64,000 nt of DNA from Macrostomum lignano (taxonomy: Eukaryota). The position numbers and the translations under genes were made by a program. A model generated the notes under the pieces. The model had not been told where the DNA came from and searched no databases. It saw nothing but the letters and a program-made list of their open reading frames with translations. Numbering within the stretch: position 1 is the stretch's first letter; every line of letters starts with the position of its first letter. Location of the stretch: NCBI GenBank assembly GCA_002269645.1, contig NIVC01000891.1, forward strand, positions 186,001-250,000, in the 5' to 3' direction. Below are positions 35,101 through 47,100 of this stretch, piece by piece.

Positions 35101-38100
35101 TAAGAGCTCATGGATAGCAGTCAATTGAAGGAGCCTGAGATAAATTTGAGAAGGGCTGAGAGCTCATGGATAGCAGTCAATTGAAGGAGCCTGAGATAAA
35201 TTTGAGAAGGGCTGAGAGCTCATGGATAGCAGTCAATTGAAGGAGCCTGAGAGAAATCTGAGAAGGGTTGAGAGCTCACAGATAGCAGTCAATTGAAGGA
35301 GCCTGGCAAGGGTTGAGAGCTCACAGATAGCAGTCAATTGAAGGAGCCTGGCAAGGGTTGAGAGCTCATGGATAACAGTCAATTGAAGGAGCCTGGCAAG
35401 GGTTGAGAGCTCATGGATAACAGTCAATTGAAGGAGCCTGGCAAGGGTTGAGAGCTCACAGATAGCAGTCAATTGAAGGAGCCTGGCAAGGGTTGAGAGC
35501 TCACAGATAGCAGTCAATTGAAGGAGCCTGGCAAGGGTTGAGAGCTCACAGATAGCAGTCAATTGAAGGAGCCTGGCAAGGGTTGAGAGCTCACAGATAG
35601 CAGTCAATTGAAGGAGCCTGGCAAGGGTTGAGAGCTCATGGATAGCAGTCAATTGAAGGAGCCTGGCAAGGGTTGAGAGCTCATGGATAACAGTCAATTG
35701 AAGGACGCCAGAGAGAAACTTTAAATCAACGAAAGTCAATCAATAACTGGGCCGGATTAACAATTACGCCGATAAAGCAACATTTATGACGAAGCAACAA
35801 TGAGATCATTGAGACGATGCTTCAATATACTTGTAAACTCGTAGACAAAATCAAGTGGCTAGAGAGACATGTTAGTGTTAGTGAGTTGCTAGATGCGTTA
35901 TTAGAGTATACCCGGGTCTTTAGAGGTGTAGCAGCATCTCTAGAGTGTGCATCAGGATCTGTAGAGGTGCACTGGGGTGTCTGGAGAGGTGCATCGGTAT
36001 AGGTGTATCAACATCTCTAAAGTGTGTAGCAGGATATCTAGAGATGTATCAGAATCTCTAGAGGTAGATCAGAATCTCTAGAGGTGTATCACGATATCTA
36101 GAGATGCATCAGGACATCTAGAGATGCATCAGGACATCTAGAGATGCATCAGGATATCTAGAGATGCATCAGGATATCTAGAGATGCATCAGTATATCTA
36201 AAGATGCATCAGGATATCTAGAGATGCATCATCAGGATATCTAAAGATGCATAGAGATATCCAGAGATGCATCGGGATATCTAGAGAGGCATCAGGATAT
36301 CCAGAGATGCATCGGGATATCTAGAGAGGCATCAGGATATCTAGAGAGGCATCAGGATATCTAGAGATTCATCAGGATAAACGCCACATAAATCGCAGCG
36401 ATGTTAATACAAATAAAATCAGCCGACATCGCCTTGAAAAAAGAGATCGCAAAGCGTTTCTATCGAGTGCAACACAAAAAGAAGAATTTCTACGATAGGC
36501 TGAAATTTCTCAAACTGGGAGAATCAAAATAATCGAGGCGCACAACAACTTAAACAAAGATTAAAAAAACATTTTTTACCAAGAGTTCCTCCGGTATTGC
36601 TGACAGCTGAGAGAATTTTATGCGAAAATTGTGTTGGTTAAGTCAGTTAGAGGCTGCTACATTGAAACACACGCAGCTTCAAGCATGCTGAGGCACTGGG
36701 AGCGGTGGGACAGCAGCATGAAATAAAACGAAACTGCGCCTACCTCGCCAACGTAGCTCAGGGCGTCCTCCAGCCGCTGCCGCCGATCGAGCGTGGCCAG
36801 CCAAACCCGGCGCCAGCGAGACGCCAGCGAGTCCACCGCCGGGTCCTTGTAGCCCATCGACGTTGCCGTAGACGGCCGGTCGCCGGCGGCCTCGCTGCCG
36901 CTGTCCTGGTTTCGCCGCCGGCCCTCTCTATCGCGGCTGCCGCTGGCGCCCCGCTGGCTGGAGTCCCGGCTGGAGTAGCGGAATCGGCGCCTGCCAGAGC
37001 TGGGGGCGCCGCGCGGCGACACCTCCGGAGCTGGGGGCGGCGTGCTGCGCTTGGCGTTCTCAACTACGGTCTGGTAGTCCGGCTGGCGGGACTCCACATC
37101 GACCTCGAACTGGGTGAGCTCTCTGAGCATCTCCTGAGCTTGGTCCGAGTCCTCCGGCGGCGGCTTGGCCTCTGCTGAGGAGAGCGCCGCCTCCGCGCCG
37201 TCCAGCCAGCCGAGCAGCTCGTCCAGTAGGCGACGCCGGTGCTCAGCCGCTTTGCGCGCGTCGGCCAGCTTGGCGCCGCGCTTCAAGGACATGTCGTAGA
37301 GCTCGTCCCAGCGGCGCTGCAGGATGCTGGACCATTTGCGCACGGGCGGCCGGCCGTCCTGATGCGCTGAGGCGACGATCTCCCCGGCCAGTTGCAGCGC
37401 ATTGTCCAGCAGGGGCCTGTTGCTGGTGAGGCTGTCGTGGAAGCTGGTGTGCTCGGCAACCAGGCGATCGTGCGCCTCGATGGTGTCGTCCTCTGGCGGA
37501 GCGCCCAGCGCGGCCAGCTTCTGCTCAGCGCTGGTGAACATGGTGAGCAGGCTGCGGGCCATGCCGGCGAATCGCTCCGCTTTGTCTCGAGCCTCGTCCA
37601 GCTTGCCGCGCCGGTCGGTGCTCAGCCGGTTGACTCGGTCCCACAGCGTCTGCAGGTCCACCAGCTGCTCCTGCACTCTGGACGAGTCCTCGTCGCTTTT
37701 GCTGACCAACTCGGCCGCTGATTGGCGAATTCGATCCACAGTCTCGGCTTTCCGCTCGAGTTCCTGCTCGAACAGCTTGTGCTGCTCAGACAAGTTCGTG
37801 ACGGTGTCCGAGTCGCCACCGACGAGGATGTCGGGCGACAGAAGCGGCTCGGCGCGGTGCAACCAGTCGAGCAGGGCTCGCAAGGCGTCCGTGTAGCGGC
37901 CTGCGATGGTGCATTGAATATCGTTGAATAGTTGACTCAATGCGCTTCTAACATTTGCATGAAGCCTGCAGTCTATCTATTTATTGTAGGCAGGGGTTGT
38001 GTGCAACCTGGCGCACTTTAAGCGACATTGTCACACAACTGGCGAGAGGCATTGCTGCCCATTTCACCGACCCCCTGAGCAGACACACAAGCGCACGGAT

Positions 38101-41100
38101 ACGTACGCAGTCATACGCACAGGCACAGACTCACAGGAGTGCACAGCGGCCCTAACTTTATTTATCTTTAGGCCTGTACACTTCACTGTGCCCTGGAGGT
38201 TGGCCCAAGCCGAGATTCAAATTCAGCCCCAAATTAATGTGACTGCACTTGAAATCCAGCCTGGGCCGCTGGCACATCAGAGCGTCGTGCCAGACCAGAC
38301 GAGTGGGTGACACGTAAGAAGCTTTGATAGATTTATTATCTCAGTCGTTGCCAGATCAGACTTGGACAGCAACTCACCTGAGCAGGTGAGCGCATCGCCC
38401 AGCGCCCGCTCCCTCTTGATGGACTTGTCGCAGAGCTCTTTCCAGGCGTGCTTGAGGTCGTTCAGCATGGAGGTCAGCTGCGCCTGATCGCCCTCGGGCG
38501 CGCGCTCTTTCAGCGCCCAGCCGAATCGGCGCGCAGCATCAAATCGCGCGTTCTTGTCGGCGAGGGCCCGGGAAAGCTCGGCGTGCTTGGCGAGCTGCTC
38601 GTTGAGGCGGTCGGAGTCCAGCGACACGGACTGGCTGGACTCGTCCAGGATGGCCGTCTGCTCCCGGATCCAGCCAGTCAGCTCCGACCACATGTTCAGG
38701 AACCGGGTGGCCTCCTTGTGCCCGAGGCCCAGCTGGCGGATGCGCTCCGAGGATTTAGAGATGAGCTTATCCCAGCGATGACGGACGCTGGTGAGCAGGT
38801 TGCGAATCAGAACCACGTCCTGGGCAAAGTGGGGCATTGAATAGGTGTGAGATGCTTTTTACAGTTGCAATATAATAACCTATTGAGCTTAGCAGCCGTT
38901 CAATCTGCTCGATATGGAGTTGCCTTCCTGCTCAATGTGGGATTGCCTACCTGCTCAATGTGGGTTGCCTACCTGCTCAATGTGGGTTGCCTACCTGCTC
39001 AATGTGGGTTGCCTACCTGCTCAATGTGGGTTGCCTACCTGCTCAACATTGAGTTGCCTACCTGCTCAACATGGAGTTGCCTTCCTGCTCAATGTAGGGT
39101 TGCCTACCTGCTCAATGTGGGTTGCCTACCTGCTCAATGTGGGTTGCCTACCTGCTCAATGTGGGTTGCCTACCTGCTCAATGTGGAGTTGCCTACCTGC
39201 TCAATGTGGAGTTGCCTACCTGCTCAATGTGGAGTTGCCTACCTGCTCAATGTGGAGTTGCCTACCTGCTCAATGTGGAGTTGCCTACCTGCTCAACATG
39301 GAGTTGCCTACCTGCTCAATGTGGAGTTGCCTACCTGCTCAATGAAGAGGTCTCTGCCTCCATTAACTCACCTGGCGCTGGCTGAAGTATTTCAAATGCG
39401 TCCCAGTCTGTTCCAGCTTGGCCACCTGCTCCCTGTGAGCGGCGATGTCTGCCTTGAGCTGTGCGTGCTCAGCAATCTGCTGGTTCACGGTGGGCACGAT
39501 GCGGGACACGGGCAGCTGGGCCGCCAGCAGCCGCTCGGTCAGGGTCAGCCAGCCAATCAGGCGGGCCAGATCCGAGTGGAACTCCGTGACGGTGACCATC
39601 GCCTGTTCCAGCTGGGCGCGGCGCTCTTCAGCTCGGCGCCCGATTTCGGACCAGCGCGCCTCGGCAGCCTCCAGTTCGGCGCGGATTTTTTCGGCTGTCT
39701 GCGGCGCCGCGCGCAATGCCAAAGCTTCGCCAGTTGATCGAAGCGAAGTCAAGCGCGACTGAAGCGCCGGGAATGTGGCCGCCATCTCGTTGAATCTGGG
39801 GGCACGGGGAAAAATAGCAGCGGGAGTGACTCATTTGAGTTGGAACTTAGTGAGAATCAAATGAACGAAGTTTAATACTCATACTCCTCAATTGAACGGA
39901 AGTACCTCGCTCTCAAAGAGAGAATAATGCAAGACCAACAAACCGGAAGTGACTCACTCGAGAGAGACAATGAAGCAATGAAGCAAGCAAGATCAACAAA
40001 CCGGAAGTGACCTCACCCGAGAGAGACAATGAAGCAAGACCAACAACACCGGTAGTGACTCACTTGAGAGAGACAATGAAGCAAGAACTAACAAACCAGA
40101 AGTAACTCACTTGAGAGAGACAATGAAGCAAGAACTAACAAACCGGAAGTGACTCACTTGAGAGAGACAATGAAGCAAGAACTAACAAACCGGAAGTGAC
40201 TCACTTGAGAGAGACAATGAAGCAAGACAACATCACCGGAAGTGACTCACTCAATCGAGAGACAATGAAGAAAGACCAACAACACCGGAAGTGACTCAGT
40301 CGAGAGAGACAATGAAGCAAGAAAACAACACCGGAAGTGACTCACTCAATCGAGAGACAATGAAGAAAGACCAACAACACCGGAAGTGACTCAGTCGAGA
40401 GAGACAATGAAGCAAGACTAACAAACCGGAAGTTACTCGGTTACAACAAAAAACACGAAGCAGCCCACCTGTTGAGCTGGTGCCTGGCCGAGTCCGGCAA
40501 GCCGCCCAGCGGTTTCGCACCCGCCAGTTTGGCATCGATGTCGGCCAGCACCGCCTGGGCATCATGCAGCTCGGTCTCGTACACCACGGCCTCTCGCAGC
40601 GCCTTCTCCAGCGCCAGCTGTTTGTCGCGCGCCGCGGCCAGAAGGCGATTCCAGCGCTCCTTCAGGTCGTAGAGCCGCTTGCGGGTGTCTTCGGCCGTCT
40701 GCGGATCCTCCTCGGAGCGCAGCAGCTGGGTGCCATTCTCTTCGACCTTCATCACCGAGTCTCGGTACGTGGCCATGTCGCATTGGATCATCTGGGTGGA
40801 TCGGTTCGGGATTTCAATAGTTAGGCTGGGATAGGGAGATGAAGGGAGAGGCTGGGAAATGGGAATAGGGAGATGAAGGGAGAGGCTGGGAACTGTGAAT
40901 AGAAAGATCGAGGGAGAGACTGGAAGAGAGTGATAGGAGATGAAGGGAGAGACTGGGAAAGAGGGATAAGGAGATGAAGGGAGAGACTGGGAAAGAGGGA
41001 TAATGATATGAAGGGAGAGACAGGAAGAGAGGGATAAGGATATGGAGGGAGAGACTGAGAAAAAGGGATAAGGAGATGAAGGGAGAGACTGGAAAAAGGT

Positions 41101-44100
41101 GGTAGGGAAATGAGAGCAATTTCAAATTTACAAAACTCTTTCTGATCAAGTAGTATTCAAAGAAAACAAAAACGACCCAATAATCCGGAAGTCAGTTCAG
41201 TAATACAAAAACTGAAATGGACCCGACCACCAGAATGAATGGATAGCAGGGCAAAAAGTAATTTAAAAAAGTACAGAGAAAATGAAATAAACATGACTAA
41301 CTAAGCTTTGCCACAAAGACCAGCTCTAATGGAGTCACTTGGGCAATACCTGTTGCTGCGCGAATGAGCTCAGTTTCAAGGTGCAGCTAACTCGCTTCTT
41401 GACTATCTGAGTTGATCGGTTAAAAGTTAGCTTGCGATATGGAGTAACTGCCATACCAGTATATCAATAGCAGCTGTATTGCCATCTTTTGAAATTATAG
41501 TAGACATGCAGTACTTGTGCATTGGGATATGAAGCAAGAGTTAAGTGGGGAGATGAAGGGATACACGGGCAGGGAGATGAAGGGAGACGCGGACAAGGAG
41601 ATGAAGGGAGACACGGGCAGGAAGATGAAGGGAGACACGGGCAGGGAGATGAAGGGAGACACGGGCAGGGAGATGGAGACACGGGCAGGGAGATGGAGAC
41701 ACGGGCAGGGAGATGGAGACACGGACAGAGAAATGAAGGGAGACACAAGCAGGGAGATGAAGGGAGACACGGGCAGGGAGATGGAGACACGGGCAGGGGG
41801 AGAGGGAGACACGGGCAGGGAGATGGAGACACGGACAGAGAAATGAAGGGAGACACAAGCAGGGAGATGGAGGGAGACACAAGCAGGGAGATGAAGGGAG
41901 ACACAAGCAGGGAGATGAAGGGAGACACGGGCAGGGAGATGGAGACACGGACAGGGAGATGAAGGGAGACACAAGCAGGGAGATGAAGGGAGACGCGGGC
42001 AGGGAGATGGAGACACGGGCAGGGAGATGAAGGGAGACACAAGCAGGGAGATGAAGGGAGACGCGGGCAGGGAGATGGAGACACGGGCGGGGAGATGAAG
42101 GGAGACACAAGCAGGGAGATGAAGGGAGACGCGGGCAGGGAGATGGAGACACGGGCGGGGAGATGAAGGGAGACACGGGCAGGGAGATGAAGGGAGACGC
42201 GGGCAGGGAGATGGAGACACGGGCGGGGAGATGAAGGGAGACACGGGCAGGGAGATGGAGACACAAGCAGGGAGATGGAGACACGGGCAGGGAGATGAAG
42301 GAGACACGGGCAGGGAGATGGAGACACGTGCAGGGAGATGAAGGAGACACGTGCAGGGAGATGAAGGGAGACACGGGCAGGGAGATGAAGGGAGACACGG
42401 GCAGGGAGATGAAGGGAGACACGGGCAGGGAGATGAAGGGAGACACGGGTATGGAGACAAAGGCAAGGAAAGAAAGTGTATAAAACAGCTAGGAGACACT
42501 GACTTGAGCTCAGTCTTACCCCATCCCGGAGCAGACAAACTCACAAGTTCTCATGCAGCATCCCAATCCACAAAAAGCCAGGCCCCATCTCTCACCTTGT
42601 GCTTGGCGATTTCAATCTCCAGCACTTTCGGCTCGCCAACCGGTGCACTCAGCGCATCGAGGGCCTCCTGGGACCGACCGATCCAGGCCAGCACGTGGTC
42701 CAGGGCCTGGCCGAACTCGCCCAGCGCCAACAGCTGCGCCTGAAGCCGGTGCGCCCGCTCGCCAGCCGCGTCAACCAGGAGGTCCCAGCGGCGAGCCGCC
42801 GAGTCCAGGGCGTCGCGCACCGGCTGCCGGCTGTCCGGACCGGCGGCAAGGGCGACGCGATCGCCAAGTAGCCGCGCCGATTCCAGCGAGGTGGCCAGCG
42901 GCTCCAAGCCGGACTGAAAGTCGGACAACTGGTCGATCTGGTTGCGCACCTGCCGAGGGAGGAGATGAGAGTTAGGCGGGTTTGAGACTGGGAGTTCTAT
43001 TGTAATTCAATAAATAATCTTCCCTTCATCTCTATTCACCTGTCCTTCCAATCATCGTTTCATCTACTTTACACCTCTTCCTTCATCTTACGAGTGCATC
43101 CCTCCCATCATTTCACATCCCTCCTTTCATCTCACACCCTTCCCTTCATTTCATACCCCTCCCTTCATCTCATACCCCTCCCTTCATCTCATACCCCTCC
43201 CTTCATCTCATACCCCTCCCTTCATCTCATACCCCTCCATTCATCTCATACCCCTCCCTTCATCTCACATCCCTCCCTTCATCTCATACCCCTCCCTTCA
43301 TCTCATACCCCTCCCTTCATCTTATACCCCTCCCTTCATCTCATACCCCTCCCTTCATCCCATACCCCTCCCTTCATCTCATACCCCTCCCTTCATTTCA
43401 TACCCCTCCCTTCATCTCATACCCCTCCCTTCATCTCATACCCCTCCCTTCATCTCATACCCCTCCCTTCATCTCATACCCCTCCCTTCATCTCATACCC
43501 CTCCCTTCATCTCACATCCCTCCCTTCATCTCATACCCCTCCCTTCATCTCACATCCCTCCCTTCATCTCATACCCCTCCCTTCATCTCACATCCCTCCC
43601 TTCATCTCATACCCCTCCCTTCATCTCACATCCACTTGCGTAGCCCGGAAAGAAATCCCCCCAAAACCCCCCGAAATCCCAACCTGCTCGACGGTGCCGG
43701 CCACGGCTCCCATGCCGGCCAGGCGCGCCTCGGCCCGTTGCAGCTGCGCCAAGAAGTCGCGCAAGGCCTCCTGGAACTGCGCCGCCGAGTCCAGCTGACC
43801 GTCCAGCGCCGCCTGTCGCTGCGTCAGCTCAGCTTTGAGCTCCGCCGCTGATGTCTGCAGCTCGCGGACGGCCGAGGTGACGTCCGGCCGCTCCGGCTGG
43901 CCGACTTGGCCACCGAGGCGGTCGCCGGCTTCTGCCAGGCCCGCCAAGCCGACGCTGGCATCGTCGAGGCCGCGCAGCAGCGTCTGGTTGGCGGCCCGCT
44001 GCCCGGCCAGCTGCTCCGGCGTGGCGCCCAACGGCTGGGCGGCGCCGGCGCCGGTGGACAAACCGGCCAGCTGGTCGGTGAGGCGCGCAATTTCGCGCCA

Positions 44101-47100
44101 AAAAGATTCGGCATCGCGCAGAGTGTCGGTCAGGCTGGCGGCGCGCGAATCAACGGCGGATTTGAGGTCGGACCATTCGCGTGACAGCTCTTCGACTCGT
44201 TCGCGAACTGAGCAGGTGTGGGAGTGCCGGGGTTTGAGCATCTCGGGTGCGCTGAGAGGAATTTTCGTTACTGGGTTCAAATGATTCACAGGGAGAGTTT
44301 ATTGATGATTCACAGGGAGAGTTTATTGATAATTCACAGGGAGAGTTTATTGATAATTCACAGGGAGAGTTTATTGATAATTCACAGGGAGAGTTTATTG
44401 ATAATTCACAGGGAGAGTTTATTGATGATTCACAGGGAGAGTTTAATGATAATTCACAGGGAGAGTTTATTGATGATTCACAGGGAGAGTTTATTGATGA
44501 TTCACAGGGAGAGTTTATTGATGATTCACAGGGAGAGTTTATTGATTGATTCACAGGGAGAGTTTATTGATGATTCACAGGGAGAGTTTATTGATTGATT
44601 CACAGGGAGAGTTTATTGATGATTCACAGGGAAAGTTTATTGATGATTCACAGGGAGAGTTTAGTGATGATTTTTACAAGGTGATAAAACAATCAAAGGT
44701 AAAAACTTATCTAAAGTACAAGGGACGCAGTCAAATTTAAACATTTCTATCCTACATACGCATGCAGATGGATCACAGCAGATACATTCAGGTCACAACA
44801 GTCATTGATTAAATAAGGACAAATTTACGTATGTAACAAAAATTTGCGGACAATCAAAAAGCACAAAAACGCATTGTAGATAAGTGGAAAGCGGTCTATT
44901 GGATATCAAATGTACATCACGTTGTGCCAATCAAAATTCGAATCGAAATTCGAACAGTTTAGCGACAAAAATATGCCTGTCATATTTAGCGCCTTCAAAG
45001 AGCGCCCTGGCAACAACAGCTCGATATACTTACTGTCGTTAACAATGCGTTGCTGTCGTCTGATCAGGCCTATTGTTCGAATTGTTTGGATTCAAATTGG
45101 GTAAATGGTTTTGAGCTAGTAGCTTTTTTGAATGTACGGCAATAGTAAAATCTCCCACTGGCTTCGAATCCCTAAAATCTCCCACTGGCTTCGAATCCCT
45201 AAAGTCTCCCATTCTAGCTTTAAATACCTAGAATCTTCCGTTCTAGCTTCAAATCCCCAAAATCTCCCATTGCGGCTTCAAATCCCCATGATCCCAAATT
45301 GTACTTTAAAGTCCCAAAACCAGAAATTCTGTTTTTCAGGTAAAAATAGCATTTCAAAATCATAGAGTTAACAAAGTTTATTTCTAAAGCGCCAGAAAGC
45401 TCACCCTCGTTGGCCTCTTGACCAGCGGCTGTCGCACCACCGTCAGAATCTTCGGCTGCCTCGCTGATCAGCAGGTCGGCAGCCGAGCGGACGGCCTCCA
45501 GCGCGGCCAGACGCAGCCGCAGCTCGCCGTCCAGGCTGGCGTTGTCAGCCAGCTGCTCCCGCAGCTTGCCGGGGTGCGCTGACACGGGCTCCGGGCAGCG
45601 GATCAGCTCGCCAGTCAGCGCCAGATTCTCCGCCACCGCGTCCAACTTCTCGCCGATGTCGGCAGTTCGAGCCAGCAGGTCGTCCAGCTCGTGCAGGCGG
45701 TCGCGCAGCCGGTCCCGCAGCTGGGCGTAGCGGTCGGTAGCGGAGCGGGAGCGCTCGGACACGGTGGCCGCCTCCTCGGGGTCGATGAGCCCGGCCACGG
45801 CCTGGGCGGTTTTCTTCACGGTCTCGGCCAGGGGCCGCTTGTCGTCCACCTGGTCCTGCAGGCTCTGCGATGGGCAATGGAAGCTGGCGGTGAGATCTCT
45901 GGCTGCAAGTCTCGAAATGCCTTTCTGTGTCCATCTGAATACCTGTCTCGTTTTGTCTGTCTTAGTGGCTGTCAGTCTGTCCGTCTTTCTCAGTGTCTGT
46001 CTGTCTGTCTAAGTGTCTGTCTTAGTGTCTGCATGTCTGTCTGTCTGTCTTAGTGTCTGTCTTAGTGTCTGTCTGTCTGTCTTAGTGTCTGTCTGTCTGT
46101 CTTAGTGTCTGTCTGTCTGTCTTTGTGTCTGCCTGTCTGTCTGTCTGTCTTAGTGTCTGTCTGTCTGTCTTAGTGTCTGACTTAGTGTCTGTCTGTCTGT
46201 CTTAGTGTCTGCCTATCTGTCTTTGTGTCTGCCTGTCTGTCTGTCTGTCTTAGTGTCTGACTTAGTGTCTGTCTGTCTGTCTTAGTGTCTGCCTATCTGT
46301 CTTTGTGTCTGTCTGTCTGTCTTAGTGTCTGCCTATCTGTCTTTGTGTCTGCATGTCTGTCTGTCTGTCTGTCTTAGTGTCTGTCTGTCTGTCTGCCTGT
46401 CTGTCTTAGTGTCTGTCTGTCTGTCTGTCTGTCTGTCTTAGTGTCTGCCTGTCTGTTTGCCTGTCTGTCTTAGTGTCTGTCTGTCTGTCTGTCTGCCTGT
46501 CTGTCTTAGTGTCTGTTTGTCTGTCTGCCTGTCTGTCTTAGTGTCTGTCTTAGTGTCTGTCTGTCTTTGTGTCTGCCTGTCTGTCTGCCTGTCTGTCTAT
46601 CTGCCTGTCTGTCTTAGTGTCTGTCTGTTTGTCTTAGTATCTGCCTATCTGTCTTTGTGTCTGCCTGTCTGTCTTAGTGTCTGCCTGCCTGTCTGTCTTT
46701 GTGTCTGCCTGTCTGTCTTAGTGTCTGCCTGTCTGTCTTAGTGTCTGTTTGTCTGTCTGCCTGTCTGTCTTAGTGTCTGTGTGTCTGTCTGTCTGTCTGT
46801 CTTAGTGTCTGCATGTCTGTCTGCCTGTCTGCCTTAGTGTCTGTCTGTCTGTCTGTCTGTTTTAGTGTCTGCCTGTCTGTCTTAGTGTTTGCCTTTCTCT
46901 CTACCTGTCTACCTGTCTATCTCTCTATCTATCTGTCTGTCTGTCTGTCTCAGTCTCTTGACCTACATTACTCAGACCCTACCTGTAGTACAGTCACAGA
47001 TTCAGCATGAAACGCCACCAGAAAGAAAAACAAATAACCGAAGCTATTAACATAAAACGCCAGTCACACTACTGCCAATTCAGTAAGAAATCATGAACAA

